DNA of 64,000 nucleotides from assembly GCF_035084215.1 (NCBI RefSeq), contig NC_090339.1:44020001-44084000 (forward strand), in the 5' to 3' direction. How positions within the stretch are numbered: position 1 is the first letter of the stretch; each line of letters begins with the position of its first letter. The DNA comes from Heptranchias perlo (lineage: Eukaryota). The notes beneath the pieces are model-generated. The model was not told the origin of the DNA. It was given only the letters and a program-made list of their open reading frames with translations, and searched no databases. Below are positions 36,189-49,390 of the stretch, one piece after another. The translations under genes were made by a program, and so were the position numbers.

Positions 36189-39100
36189 TTGGAACAAGAG
36201 TGGTATGAACAGTTATAGATTCACTGGTGAGCCTAAGGATAATGCTGAAAGGCAGGGAAAGGTTTCTAGCCGAGATGGGAGGAAGGAAAGTAATGGGATG
36301 TTAAATTAGTTTCAAGGGGCTGCGGCAGTGCATGAAATTATTTCCAATGACACTGTGAAGATTCATCGCCTCTGGGGGAACATGGACAGAAATAGCCAAT
36401 GCAGACAGACAACACCAATAGGCAGCTCAGGGATATACTTCATAGCTAACCTAAATAACATGATATGCAATAAAATTATATTTATTATCTCACATTTGTG
36501 GAGGACAAATGTCAGTATTCTTCTTGAAAGGTTTCTCTGCTGCATTGTATATTCATTGCAGTGACAAGGGGAAGTTAAAATGACTCGGATAGATTAGTTT
36601 AAAAAGTCAAATTCCCTTTAGGGCATGCTTAGTAAAATAATCCAATTATGGATACCAGAAATACAAAGAAAGAATGTTACATGGACGGTTAGAAAAGGGC
36701 ATTCCATGCAGACTATCAAGGATAGAGACGGCAACACCCATTTGTTTTAAAATTTGTTTATTGTGGTGCTCTTCCCCCCTCTAATTTATCTTCTAACAAA
36801 AATCAATGCCAAATCTAATAAATGCTGCTTACATTAAAATTCTGTCAAATGAAGATGAAAGACCTTTAAGCAAAAACTGAACACAGTTGGTGGGAGTATA
36901 GTTACCCTCTAGTGATCCTCCTACACAAATCCTCTTATCCACCCTCAAAACTGCACACAGCTGTTAGAACAGATAAGGTCTATGATTTACAGTTATTCAT
37001 AGAACACCAATATTAAATAAATCTATCATGTTTTTCCTTTTCTATGCATTGTTTTTTCTGTGTTTGTAAAGTATACTGGCTGGTTGTATTTTAAATAACA
37101 TTATGCTGAGATGTAAGTGGCTGGAAAATCTGTGCTCAATGTTTTTCACATAGGGACCATCATATTTTTCTATTGACTACAGAGACTTAAATCACAGTTA
37201 TCCTTTGAATTATGATTTTAGGTTTTTAATAGAACCAGAACAGTTTCACTGCAGTTGACATACACAAATCTTGTTCCCCGTTGGTCTGGAAATCATCAGT
37301 TATCTGCCCTTGCTGAGTTGTGCGACCTGCAGGGTTACCAATTACCCTACTTGTAATAATCTATAAACGGGACTAAATGATCTCAAATTAAGCTAACATA
37401 TTCATTTCAGAAAAGGTGAATTATTAAACATAGATCAGATTTTCAGATTATATGAAGGGGGAAAAACAACAAATACAAACAGTAAAATATAAACTAAAAT
37501 GTACAGATATCAAGGAAAGTCTGTAATGGGTCAATTGAGCTTAGTAAGTATTTCTAAAAAAATATAATAGTCTTTTATATTTGTGTACATTTGCCATTTT
37601 ACTTTGTTGCATTTGAGAAACAAAGCTGGTTAACTGACTAAGCAAAACAAGTGTGTTTATTTTGTGCCACTATAATATTGTCTCTGTATCATCTCCCATG
37701 GAGTTAAAAGTGCGCTTGTCATTTGTTCAAAACAACAAAAATTCCTGCTTTTTTAATCCACTTCTTTGCAGTCGCAATTCCTGGGTGAATAATATTCTCA
37801 AACTAGCTGGTCAATGATGTGGTGTTGGCCATTGACAAAAATTAAAATATAAATACCTTATAATTTTTAATTCCTCCTACGCTTTTTCTCTTTGCTTGTC
37901 TTTCACTTTTCTTATCTCTTTATTTCTCTCTTACTCTATATAGCTTTCATGTACTTACTCTCAATGTTTTCTCTACATCTCTCTTTGACCGTTTTTCTCA
38001 CTCTTTCTGTAAGTCTCTCCTTCGGTCTGTCACTTTCTCTTCTGTATGACTCTCACTTTCTCCTTTGTACTAGCTTCCCCACTCCCTTCTGTTCCAACCC
38101 CAGGACCCCAGCTTTTCTCTTATTTGTATCTGTTGCAGTGGGTGGGTGAGAGATGGTGACAGCCATTTGGTATTGTGAGTTTCCTTGGAGCAGTTCAGCG
38201 AAGCCAGAATGACCAGGATCCCTCACAGAGTTTCCCTTTCTGTGAATGCCATTTTCCTTCTGCATATCTTGTATTCTGTATGCCTTTCACATGCTTTCTG
38301 TCCCTTTGTTGCTATTAAGAGTATAGTGGAGGGTATACCCATCCTTTACTTTTGGAGCTAAGAATATGCCCATGTTTTTGGCAGCATGTAATCCAGTGTA
38401 CAATGAGTATATCCATTTTTTTTAATTTTTGGAGGGTAACATCCTGGCTCCAAAAAGACAATATGACAAATCATACAACGTCAAGGCAATACTGGTAGCC
38501 ATCCTCTAATGAAGATTGTAAGGCTCCGTGTGATGACTGCAGTGAAGAGCTATTCCTAATACTATACCGTTTATATTGTTAGTGAACCATTTTGAGACCA
38601 AAGTCTAAAGATTGTTTCTATTTTAACTGAGGTGCTTACCTGTTTAAAATAAACAGGACAGCGTCTACATTAAAACAGAAGTCAGAGGAATATCATACTA
38701 ATATCACAAGAAGTAATTTCTAGGGTCAGCAAGAAGCAGATATATTATTCTGTTAATAATAGATGACCACAAGGTACATGATTCACCGTTATAGTTTTTC
38801 AGTCCAACTCAGTGGGATGTACACATCAGATCAATATCTACACATATGTAAACACATATATACTCCAAACTGTTGAAAAATGCACCCAATGAAGAATTAA
38901 AAATCAAATTTATCTGGGGGAGTATGTCTCAGAATCCCCTAAAGAAATAAACCCTATACATGATGTACAGCATACCTGCTTCTACACCCTTGCTTTCTGT
39001 ATGCTTCTCATTCTTGCCTTTTCCCCTCGTATCCTATGGCAATCTGGATGCAGACTCAAGGCTTCATTCCTTTCAAAGCTGCGGAATGATCTTGTTTCTT

Positions 39101-40483
39101 CCTGGATATAAAGGCATGGCTCCCCTCTCAGGCATCAACATAATTTTCAAATTCCTTTCAGAGTCTGACCACCAAATAAAGACTTCAATCCAATTATGGA
39201 GCAGGAAATTCTTCTCATCAACATCCCAGGTCCTATGTTTCAATTCGATTTCCAACTCCAATCTGGCTGGTATTTTCCTAATTCTTTTTCATGAAAAGTT
39301 CAAAGATAGACGTCAGGAAGCTAGAGGAGGGTCAGTATCCAACTTGATCCTGGTTCACATGATTTGTTTCACGGTCTGCTCCAAGGAAGCTGAACAACAT
39401 CATGCATTTGGCAATTGCTATCTCTCATTCATATGCTGCAACACATAGGGATGAGAGAGGAACAAGGGGTCTGGGGCTAGGTTTAGGGATCAGAAGAGAG
39501 TAGGAGATAGCTAGGTGGGTGCTTGGGTTCAGATTCTGGGAGGGAGTGTTCCAAGTGCTGGGCCCAGGACAATATGAGTAACATGGGTGCAAAATCGATT
39601 GGAATGGAGTGAGGGGGCCTGAGAGGGATTATGGTAGGTTTGAGCCTGGGATCGTTGAGATGGACCTAAAAGAATAAGTGGGTCTGGGGCTTGAGATCAC
39701 TCAACATTTGTCTGAGAACTAAGAGCACTCAGGGTTGTCGTGGAACCTGGGAGCATTTGAATGGGCTTTGTTTGGTTGAGCGTAGCAGCAATTTAGGTGG
39801 GCCTTGAATGGAATGGAGTGCCAGGCCGAAAAACAAGATACTGATTCTGACATCTGATTGGTCCCTGGTAATCAAGTGCTCAGCTGCAACTAATCAGAAA
39901 AGGATATCCAGAGCACAGATTTAATGGTCACATGGTATCCACAGACCAATCAGATTGCTAGAAACGGGAAGTGGTCATGTTTAAGCTACAGTGGGGCCTC
40001 AGCAAACATCAGAAAACATACTCCAGGTCCCATTGTACTTGTAAATGGACAGACCGACAGAATGTTTTTAAATACAAAAAAAAATGCAATGGACAGTGGA
40101 TGACCAATGACAAACATGTCAGCACAAAAGAACATGATGTGGAGATGCCGGTGATGGACTGGGGTTGACAATTGTAAACAATTTTACAACACCAAGTTAT
40201 AGTCCAACAATTTTATTTTTAATCCCACAAGCTTTCGGGGTCTTTCCCCTTCCTCAGGCGGTGTGGAAATGAGATTTTCGAATCCTTCGCATTTTAAGAT
40301 CACATAACAATGCCTGGTGATTACTGCCCGTTGCCAAGGCAATCACAGTGAGCAGACAGAAAGGTGTCACCTAAAAAGGCCACCGAATATACAAACCCCC
40401 AAAAAAAAGAGAGAGAGAGAGATAAGGAAGACAGTCAATGACCCGTTATATTAAAAACAGATAACATTTGTTTGCTGGTGGGG

Positions 40484-42538
40484 TTACGTGTAGTGTGACA
40501 TGAACCCAAGATCCCGGTTGAGGCCGTCCTCATGGGTGCGGAACTTGGCTATCAATTTCTGCTCGACGATTTTGCGTTGTCGTGTGTCTCGAAGGCCGCC
40601 TTGGAGTATGCTTACCCGAAGGTCAGTGGCTGAATGTCCATGACTGCTGAAGTGTTCCCCGACAGGGAGAGAACCCTCCTGTTTGGCGATTGTTGCGCGG
40701 TGTCCGTTCATCCGTTGTCGCAGTGTCTGCATGGTCTCGCCAATGTACCATGCTCTGGGGCATCCTTTCCTGCAACGTATGAGGTAGACAACGTTGGCCG
40801 AGTCAAAGGAGTATGAACCGTGCACCTGGTGGGTGGTGTCCTCTCGTGTGATGGTGGTATCTGTGTCGATGATCTGGCATGTCTTGCAGAGGTTACCGTG
40901 GCAGGGTTGTGTGGTGTCGTGGACGCTGTTCTCCTGAAGGCTGGGTAATTTGCTGCGAGCGATGGTTTGTTTGAGGTTGGGTGGCTGTTTAAAGGCGAGT
41001 AGTGGAGGTGTGGGGATGGCCATAGCGAGGTGTTCGTCATCATTGATGACATGTTGAAGGCTGCGGAGAACATGGCGTAGTTTCTCCGCTCCGGGGAAGT
41101 ACTGGACGACGAAGGGTACTCTGTTGGTTGCGTCCCGTGTTAGTCTTCTGAGGAGGTCTATGCGATTTTTCACTGTGGCCCGTCGGAACTGTCGATCGAT
41201 GAGTCGAGCATCATATCCCGTTCTTACTGGGGCGTCTTTCAGCGTCTGTAGGTGTCCATCGCGTTCCTCCTCGTCTGAGCAGACCCTGTGTATTCGCAGG
41301 GCATGTCCATAGGGGATGGCCTCTTTGACGTGGTTCGGGTGGAAGCTGGAAAAGTGGAGCATTGTGAGATTGTCCGTGGGCTTGCGGTAGAGTGAGGTGC
41401 TGAGGTGCCCGTCTTTGATGGAGATTCGTGTGTCCAAGAAAGAAACTGATTCTGAGGAGTAGTCCACGGTGAGCTTGATGGTGGGATGGAACTTGTTGAT
41501 GTTATCGTGTAGTCTCTTTAGTGATTCCTCACCGTGGGTCCATAGAAAGAAAATGTCGTCGATGTATCTGGTGTATAGTGTTGGTTGGAGGTCCTGTGCA
41601 GTGAAGAAGTCCTGCTCGAACTTGTGCATGAAAATGTTGGCGTATTGGGGTGCGAATTTGGTCCCCATGGCTGTTCTGTGTGTTTGGGTAAAGAACTGGT
41701 TATTGAAGGTGAAGACATTGTGATCCAGGATGAAGCGGATGAGTTGTAGGATGGCGTCTGGAGATTGGCTGTTGTTGGTGTTGAGTATTGATGCTGTCGC
41801 AGCGATGCCGTCATCGTGGGGGATACTGGTGTAGAGTGCCGAGACGTCCATCGTGGTGAGAAGTGTTCCTGGTTCAACAGGTCCGTGGGTACTGAGTTTT
41901 TGTAGAAAGTCTGTAGTGTCGCGACAGAAGCTGGGGGTTCCCTGCACGATGGGTTTCAGGATGCCCTCGATGTATCCAGAGAGGTTCTCACACAGGGTTC
42001 CATTGCCTGATACGATAGGACGTCCGGGTGTGTTGGCTTTGTGTATCTTTGGGAGGCAGTAGAAGTCTCCCACGCGGGGAGTACGTGGGATGAGAGTGCG
42101 TAGGATGTTTTGAAGGTCTGGATCGAAGGTCTTGATCAGTTTGTTGAGCTGATGGGTGTGTTCTTTGGTCGGGTCTGCGGGTAACCGTCTGTAGTGTTCC
42201 TGGTTGTCCAGTTGTCGGTATGCTTCTTTGCAATAGTCCGTTCTGTTCTGTATGACGATGGCTCCTCCTTTGTCCGCTGGTTTGATGACGATGTTGCGGT
42301 TGGTCTTGAGAGCTTTGATGGCGTTGCGTTGTGCTCGGGTGACATTCTGGACTGTCTTCCGAGTGCGGCTGATGAATCTGGCATAGACGCATTTCCTGAC
42401 AGCTTGAGCATACATGTCAAGCTGAGGGCAGCGACCCTCTGGAGGAGTCCAGTGAGACTCTTTCCTCTTCAGTTGCTTTACCGCGGTTGCCAAGTTCCGC
42501 ACCCATGAGGACGGCCTCAACCGGGATCTTGGGTTCAT
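40484..42538 (-). CDS. Penelope reverse transcriptase + GIY-YIG endonuclease, 5'-truncated, 684 aa open (probably Neptune-type)
   Basis: IKPADKGG, FYCLPKIHK, PGRPIVS, MDVSALYTSIP, TAMG, RYIDDIF, Cys-rich linker CHGNLCKTC, VVYLIRC...WYIGET and C-terminal GLN. Confidence 0.93.
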   Translation of the reverse strand: MNPRSRLRPSSWVRNLATAVKQLKRKESHWTPPEGRCPQLDMYAQAVRKCVYARFISRTRKTVQNVTRAQRNAIKALKTNRNIVIKPADKGGAIVIQNRTDYCKEAYRQLDNQEHYRRLPADPTKEHTHQLNKLIKTFDPDLQNILRTLIPRTPRVGDFYCLPKIHKANTPGRPIVSGNGTLCENLSGYIEGILKPIVQGTPSFCRDTTDFLQKLSTHGPVEPGTLLTTMDVSALYTSIPHDDGIAATASILNTNNSQSPDAILQLIRFILDHNVFTFNNQFFTQTHRTAMGTKFAPQYANIFMHKFEQDFFTAQDLQPTLYTRYIDDIFFLWTHGEESLKRLHDNINKFHPTIKLTVDYSSESVSFLDTRISIKDGHLSTSLYRKPTDNLTMLHFSSFHPNHVKEAIPYGHALRIHRVCSDEEERDGHLQTLKDAPVRTGYDARLIDRQFRRATVKNRIDLLRRLTRDATNRVPFVVQYFPGAEKLRHVLRSLQHVINDDEHLAMAIPTPPLLAFKQPPNLKQTIARSKLPSLQENSVHDTTQPCHGNLCKTCQIIDTDTTITREDTTHQVHGSYSFDSANVVYLIRCRKGCPRAWYIGETMQTLRQRMNGHRATIAKQEGSLPVGEHFSSHGHSATDLRVSILQGGLRDTRQRKIVEQKLIAKFRTHEDGLNRDLGFMSHYT

Positions 42539-42776
42539 GTCACACTACACGTAACCCCACCAGCAAACAAATGTTATCTGTTTTTAATATAACGGGTCAT
42601 TGACTGTCTTCCTTATCTCTCTCTCTCTCTTTTTTTTGGGGGTTTGTATATTCGGTGGCCTTTTTAGGTGACACCTTTCTGTCTGCTCACTGTGATTGCC
42701 TTGGCAACGGGCAGTAATCACCAGGCATTGTTATGTGATCTTAAAATGCGAAGGATTCGAAAATCTCATTTCCACA

Positions 42777-42814
42777 CCGCCTGAGGAAGGGGAAAGCCCC
42801 CGAAAGCTTGTGGG
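42777..42814 (+). ncRNA. Minimal hammerhead ribozyme in the pLTR (sense-strand copy on - at 40224-40261)
   Basis: CCGC-CTGAGGA-A-GGGG-AAAGC-CCCC-GAAA-GC-TT-GTGG. Confidence 0.75.
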
Positions 42815-45147
42815 ATTAAAAATAAAATTGTTGGACTATAACTTGGTGTTGTAAAATTGTTTACAATTCACAAAAGAACACTTTGCATGGCAGTTATATG
42901 TCAAACAGTCACTAAATACTCAAATTAGTGATGTCTTTTCCATCAAAGCAGCCTGCTGTTAATCAGTTAACAAACAAAGTAATTTGGTTGTTTGATTGAG
43001 AGGTTGATGAAACCAGCAGTTCATGTTTTTTATCAATTTCTTTTTGAGCTATTTCCCCATTTGACTTTCTTCATTTTTTCATTCCATTTATTTATCTCAT
43101 TCTATAGTAATTTAAATGTTATTCCACTAAGTTGTGCACAAATAATAGTTTTTAAATCACTTAAAGCACAAAAATCATTAGGTATCCGATTTGCTGATTC
43201 AGAATACAAACTACTCTACTTAAGTAACACTTGTTAAGAATAAATCCTATTTAAGTACATAGTTTATTTTTCGTTTAAAATGTCTCTGTTATTCTCTCTA
43301 TTTATTTCTGTGGAACTCTCCAGTTATGTGTGTAGCAGTAGGAATAATTTTCATTTAAAGAGGCCATCATGATATCTGTCACTTTTACCTTTACAAATAA
43401 TATCCCTTAATTAATTGTTGACCCAATGCATCTGTGTAATACCCCATAGTTAACTATTCATATATCAAAGAAATGCGGATATAATATATTTTGTTGCACT
43501 TGCCCCCTTAGTTCTATACATTAACTTGAATCCTCAACAGTTAGGTTATATCTTTAAAATGTATGATGTAATATTACAATACATCTTGTATGGGCTCCTG
43601 TTAGGCATTTGATTCTTTTAACATTAGAATTTTACACTAGTTAAAAGTTGCTTTACCATTGATTAAACACATTTGCAGGAGTATACATAAATCTGTTGGG
43701 TTGGCATGGTTACGTGAATATTTCCCTGATTATGCAGTAGTGCTATCCCCATTGCTTGATTCTATTGATTTTGGATTCACAAGGTTAGGACCTCATCAGT
43801 CATTGAGGAAATTCTGGTTCAAAATTGGCCCCTGGCCCTGTATGGAGATGATCCTCTCTTTGACTATTCATCCCATATCTACCAGATATTTATCAATCCA
43901 ATTACTTGTTTACTTTAATATTATTTTTTGCCTCCGGCATTGCTCACAGCATTACATCGAGTGTGGTTTCTGACATTGACTGTAGTTTTGCTGGTGCCTA
44001 AACAGAAGTTCAGCCTTTGTTGTAAAGCAGCAAATTTGCTGAAGCAATATATCATTGATTCAAGATATATCATACAAGTTAGATACTAAAAGGTACAGGC
44101 CTCATAGATATAATATTTGAAATAATATTTACCTACTATTTTACAAAACTTGCTTAAGATACAAGGAACTTTGTGCTTCTCTCTCCAAACCTCAAATTTC
44201 CGGTTATTTCAAGTATAAAAATTGCTTTACCTTCCATAGTGGACTTACAGAATTTGATTAAGTTGCAAATAATTGATATGTTTATTCTTTTCCCTCCTTC
44301 CTCAAGACATTCCTTCTTTTTTTCAGTTACTTTTGTGCTGATGAAAAATAGTTTCTTCCCCTTTTTAATTGTCATGTCAATAATGTTATTTTTAGTTCTA
44401 TACACTGATGTGAGTAAGGAAGGAAAATAGTAGGTAAAAGCAATACTTTTATGATTGGTTTGATTGTTTTTTTTATGGTACTCCCTGGTTTGTGAATTGA
44501 AAAGAAATTGAGGGGATTGATTGCTCGCTGTCCTCTTGGTTACTCATTCCTCATTGGTACTTTCAATTCATTTTACAGTTAGTCAATGAAATATTTGATT
44601 GGTAACAACAAATAAATGGTTATTTCCCCTATGAACACGTGATGCTTTGAAGGTATAGCACCTGAGGTATGTATAACTCCTCTGACGCTATACTTTCACA
44701 TAAGACACCTTTGAGAGGCATAATGCTATGGATACACACTACATGCAAACCTTTTATTTCAATAGGGTAGGATACAAGAGCAGAAAAGGAGCAAAGTGAG
44801 GAAAACAACATCTGAACATTCTACTCTGAATGAACTTGTTATCTTTTCTATTTTTTCCCTCCAATTTCAAACCTACATTTTCAATGTGCTTGACAAGAGA
44901 TGAACTACTTGTGGATAACGGTTTGTTAGGAGCTGTTGGTTATTATTAAGACAAATCTGTTACTGGCACTTCAAATTTTGTAAACACCTCTCATTGTGCA
45001 CCAACCTCACATTTTCTCTCCAGGGGAGGATGGATAGCACTAGAATAAACGTGCTGCAGAGAACCACTTTGACTATTTTGGAGCATTCTTTGAAAAATCA
45101 CATGCACGCCCTTTCCAGACGCAGCAGCTTTTTACAGAATTTATATG

Positions 45148-45817
45148 GGGCACAATTTTAACAGTGAAAAATGGGTGGGTTGGGGGCCGGGGGGCATTCA
45201 AAATTGCAACCATTTCAGACCCGCCCCCAACCCACCGCCAACCCGCCCCCAACCTGCCCATTTCCGGTTTTCACCGGGGTGGGACGAGGGGCGGGCGACC
45301 AACCCGCTCCCAGGAGGTGGGTCGGGCCTTAAAAACCTTTCAAGGAGGCTTCAGGCCTCCATTTTCCCACAGTTTCCGATTTCAACCTCAGGGGGCCGGG
45401 ATTCCTGGGCCTACTCTTTTAAGCCTTGTGAAAGGAAGCGAGAAGGCCTGAGACTAACAAGTTGGTGCTTTCTGGCACAGCTTGTGGGCCAGGAGGAGCA
45501 GGAGTGCTCCTCCCAGGCCCAACAAGCCTACCTGCAGCGACCCCCCAATTATTGCGGACCCCCCCAATCCCTGATAGCGGACCCCCGACCCCGATCACCA
45601 ATTGCGGACCCCCGACCCTGATCCCCGATCCTCCCCCCGCAACGATTGCGGACCCCACCCTAGTCAATCAGGCCGGTCATTCGGACGGCAAATCTACAAA
45701 AAAAAAGACATCCTTACGTCAAAACCGAAAGGACATCCGGGAAACCCGTACTTCCCGGTTTCCCATCCGCAATTTGACCCCCCGTCCCCTTCCTGGCTCA
45801 GGGTCAAAATCATGCCC
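45148..45817. mobile_element. Harbinger-type GC-rich MITE
   Basis: TIRs GGGCACAATTTT / AAAATCATGCCC, TSD ATG, internal GCGGACCCCC(GA) repeats. Confidence 0.75.
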
Positions 45818-46814
45818 ATGATGTTCCGTGGATAATCAAGGCTGAACTGGAGCCACCCTGCTGACATTAATAGTAATCGATGATCCTGAATAACTAGTAT
45901 ACTTTGTTGTAAGTTAAATTTCTCTTAAAGTAGATGTTTCTCCTTTAGAGGGAAGAGGAACTAAGCTTATTTAAGATTAAGGTCTGGAATTTCCTCATCT
46001 TCCTCATCTCAATCCTGCAACGTATTTGAAACTTCCAAAGGAATACCCATCTCATCATGTTACAGTGTGATTTAAACGCCATCAATCAAGAACAATGAAG
46101 GAAAGGTCTGCCAAAGGAAAAAAAAACTGAAAAAATGAAGGACTACTTAACAAGACCAACTTATTCATGGAGCACAATGCAGCAAATAATTGAAAACACC
46201 TTTTTTTAACCTGCAACAGCAACCCCTGATACATTTTAGGGTTTTCTTCAATCTTTTTTGATCTAGATTTTGATTTTAGCTTCTGTGTCTCAGAGTATTT
46301 CCGTGAGTGACCAAGCTTCCTATGTCCCAAAGAGTATTTTCACTTGTCTAGACATTTAGGAATAATTTTTAGCATGACTGAGGAACAAACAAAGAAGGTC
46401 TTCAGTTTACTGTTTTTATTACATGCCCTCAAGTGATCCTTCTTGGTTTCAGAAGACGGCAGAATAACAATACACTAGATCTTATTTTAGGCTTTAACTG
46501 TCAAACAAATTTATTAAACAGAAATAGAACAAATGAATAGTCACAGTAACATAACATATTTTTATGGTAGTTATTAAGCTTTGCTGACTTTTCGAGAAGT
46601 GGGAAATAATAAAAGTTGTGACTGATGCACTGATAATAATATAAGTTATATCTTTTACTTAGTGATTCCTTTCTTTTTCTCACTATTTACAGAAGCTGAC
46701 TATCTCCCTTCAAAGGCATTAGACAAACTCTAATTTGAAAAAGACAGGTTGATTAATACCTAGAAAAAAATGACTGGGACCAAGCAATTTAATTAGCTGT
46801 CTGTTAAATTTAAC

Positions 46815-47760
46815 CTGTTTGGACAGGTCTGGTGATATCTTCAGTACAGAGTGTCCCGGCTCATGGTAGTGTGTTGCATCCTCCACAACTTTGTAGTGAA
46901 ATGGGGATAACAAATGGAGCCTGCAGAGGGAGAGGCCCATCCACCACCTGATGAGGAGGTCCCTAATGATAGCAAGGATGGAGCTGAAATAGGAAGGCTA
47001 CAACAGCCTATAGCCAGAGCTCTCCACCAAGTTATTTGCTTTGCGTTTCACCCAAACTACTTCTTCCCCCCACGCAATCCCCCCCATTCACAGTCCTGAC
47101 TATTAGCTCTCCCAGTCTTTCCACCCTTCCATAAAGTAACTCCAACCACTGACCATCATTGATATACATCCCACCTGACTTTGCAGCATTGGAAACACTC
47201 TGCAGGCAAACTCATAATCACAAACGGTGTGACATTTTACTTTCTTAGACAAATGCCACCCAGGTGTCAGCCTGTAGTGTCTTACTTAAATGTCCTGTTG
47301 CTTATTCTACTACTTCTACGAGGTGCTCCCCAATGGCTTCAGCATGGGAAGTGGAAGGCTGCTGCTGCTTAGATGATGGTTCCTGAGATGATTGCTGTGG
47401 CAATCTCTAGGAGCTCAGATCTCAGAGGGCCCAGCTGCAAGCTGCGGCATCTCGGCTGCTGCTGGGGAATTCTGGCTCAGCTGGCTTGCTGGCTCCAGGG
47501 TGGGCATTGGTTAAGGAGGTGGCGGGGGAGCTGTCATCCTGAGAGAGGGTAGCATGTGCCACTCCCATTGCGCCACCACCGCTACCATGGGGCTGCATCT
47601 CAGTACTCCCACTGATCTGCAGGACAGCAGACTGTAGGCGATCTGTGATGTGTTTGAAGCCCCTGTCTATGCGTTCCCTCAGCCTTTCAATGGTGAAGGA
47701 TATGGTGCAGTCCAGAGCCTAAATGGTGTCAGTTTGAGCCTCCTTGATAGCTATTACTGG
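46815..47760 (+). mobile_element. Decayed Harbinger remnant including the transposase C-terminus
   Basis: ~46820-46910 translates, across a frameshift, as LDRSG..LQY..RVSRLMVVCCILHNFVVKWG, the HARBI1-like CxxLHN motif. An acidic tail follows. Confidence 0.6.
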
Positions 47761-48660
47761 TGCTACAGTCTCTTGGAAAGAAAGTCTACTTTCAGCGTCC
47801 ATCGAGGTGACCACATGTTCATTGAAATAAAAATTGGGAGAGATGCATAATGGTTGGCTGATCTGATATCGCTTGCTTTACACAATCACCCAAATTCAAA
47901 ACTACCTCTGATGGATCTAAAGGACAGGCTGAAGGAAGTTGCATGTTAAGTCAAATTCAAAGTGATGGGAACATTTGAGAATGCCTCAGAAGGCATTTCA
48001 ACCCATTAGTATACTTTACCAAGGCTGGAGGGGTGAATAACTAAAAAGAGACAGGCAAAAATTAAGAGAAACCTTACGGGCAGGCATTAGACTGCAGGCA
48101 GATGATGAAGCAACCCAACATATGATTTTTCCCCCCCACAACTAACTGATGGCTACTGGTGGAAGGGGTGCTACATGAGGTGCTTGCAAGAGGGTTGCCC
48201 TCTGTGCCACTCTACAGCACCATTCCTACAGGTTAGCATTGTAGCTTGCATGCAAGGAATTCCAGCCAAGTTTCAGGCTGTAGCTGACCATTAATGTGAC
48301 TGCATTTGCCAGCTCTGTGTTGCATAGTAGGCACAGGTGCTCTCGCAGAAGATGACACAATTCAGCACCTGCCTCTCTGCTGCACCACCACCCCCACCTC
48401 CCCCCCCACTCCCAATCTGAGAAGTTAGTGCTTCATGATCATTACCAGGTAAGTGCGCCACAGCTGCAGAAATAGCATCTTGGCGGGTGTGGCCAATTAG
48501 GCTACACTGGCTGTTGTTCACCTTGGTATGCCTTCTTTCATACTGTGCTACTGAATGTACGACATACTGTGATTGTGGTATTCTGAGGAAGCATAATGGT
48601 TAGTCAGGCATTCCCATATCTTAGTGATGCTTTGGGAAGAGGAGCCTACACCAACACCAT

Positions 48661-49390
48661 GGGGCCGATTTTAACTCACTGAAATTTGTGTTAGGAGGGC
48701 GGTAACGGGGCTTAAAATGAGATGGAGAGACCTACCATCCCGTTAATGTCGACAGTCCAGCTACTGCCATTTTTACAAGGCCTATCACTGGGCGGCTAAA
48801 GCGCTTGCCTGTTTCAGGCAGTAGACCGCTTTCAATGTGCAGATCAGGGCCCCGTGATGTGCGTAGGACCCCGACTGCCATTTTAGGATAGAAATACTCT
48901 AAAATTACAAACCACTGACATTCATAAAATTAATATTCAAGTCACTAAAAAAATATATACTTTTTGTTCAAGCTGAATTCCACTATAAATTCCAACAGCA
49001 CTCTACTTTATTTCACCCCATTAATTAATGCATTCAACTGCCAAATTCCACTAACTCGAACTTAACCACAATTCTTTTACTTTAACTTAAAAATTCAATT
49101 AAATTAATGGGCCGGAATTTGTTGTAATTAATGTGCAAATCAGCCAGCAACTTGTGGTGAGAAAGCGACACCCCTGCACATTGTGAATTGCCACATGTTG
49201 CTGGACAATTTGGGCTGCTCCGCCGTTAGCTTTGCGAAAACTGCATCTTGCCCTTAACCTCCCGTGAGTTTCTTGAAGTTGCTGCATTTGCACATTAATT
49301 GCCCATTAAACTCACCACGGAGAGTCAAATCTAGTAATCAATAGTGTATGTACCCTTTTAACAATGTGATAATTGTTAATGACTGCCAAT
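48661..49390. mobile_element. Two partial MITE fragments (48661-~48890; 49108-~49390)
   Basis: Begin with GGGGCCGATTTT and GGGCCGGAATTT termini. The other ends are not seen. Confidence 0.45.

Larger units (their letters stand above)
40135..42868 (-). mobile_element. Penelope-like retroelement with inverted 5' pLTR
   Basis: 12-bp TSD CACAAAAGAACA (40123-40134 / 42869-42880), 380-bp inverted repeat (40170-40549 / 42489-42868) and a 35-bp unpaired tail at 40135-40169. Confidence 0.95.

Noticed and set aside
38960-39448. 162-aa ORF in non-repetitive sequence
   Set aside because: No recognisable domain or splice context. Composition is consistent with a chance ORF.
40634-42508. Many overlapping ORFs on both strands inside the Penelope ORF
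   Set aside because: Shadow frames of a GC-balanced coding sequence.
44629-44680. YIPQVLYLQS resembling spexin (NWTPQAMLYLKGAQ)
   Set aside because: It lacks NW, the correct spacing and the GRR/GKR amidation site, so it is probably chance.
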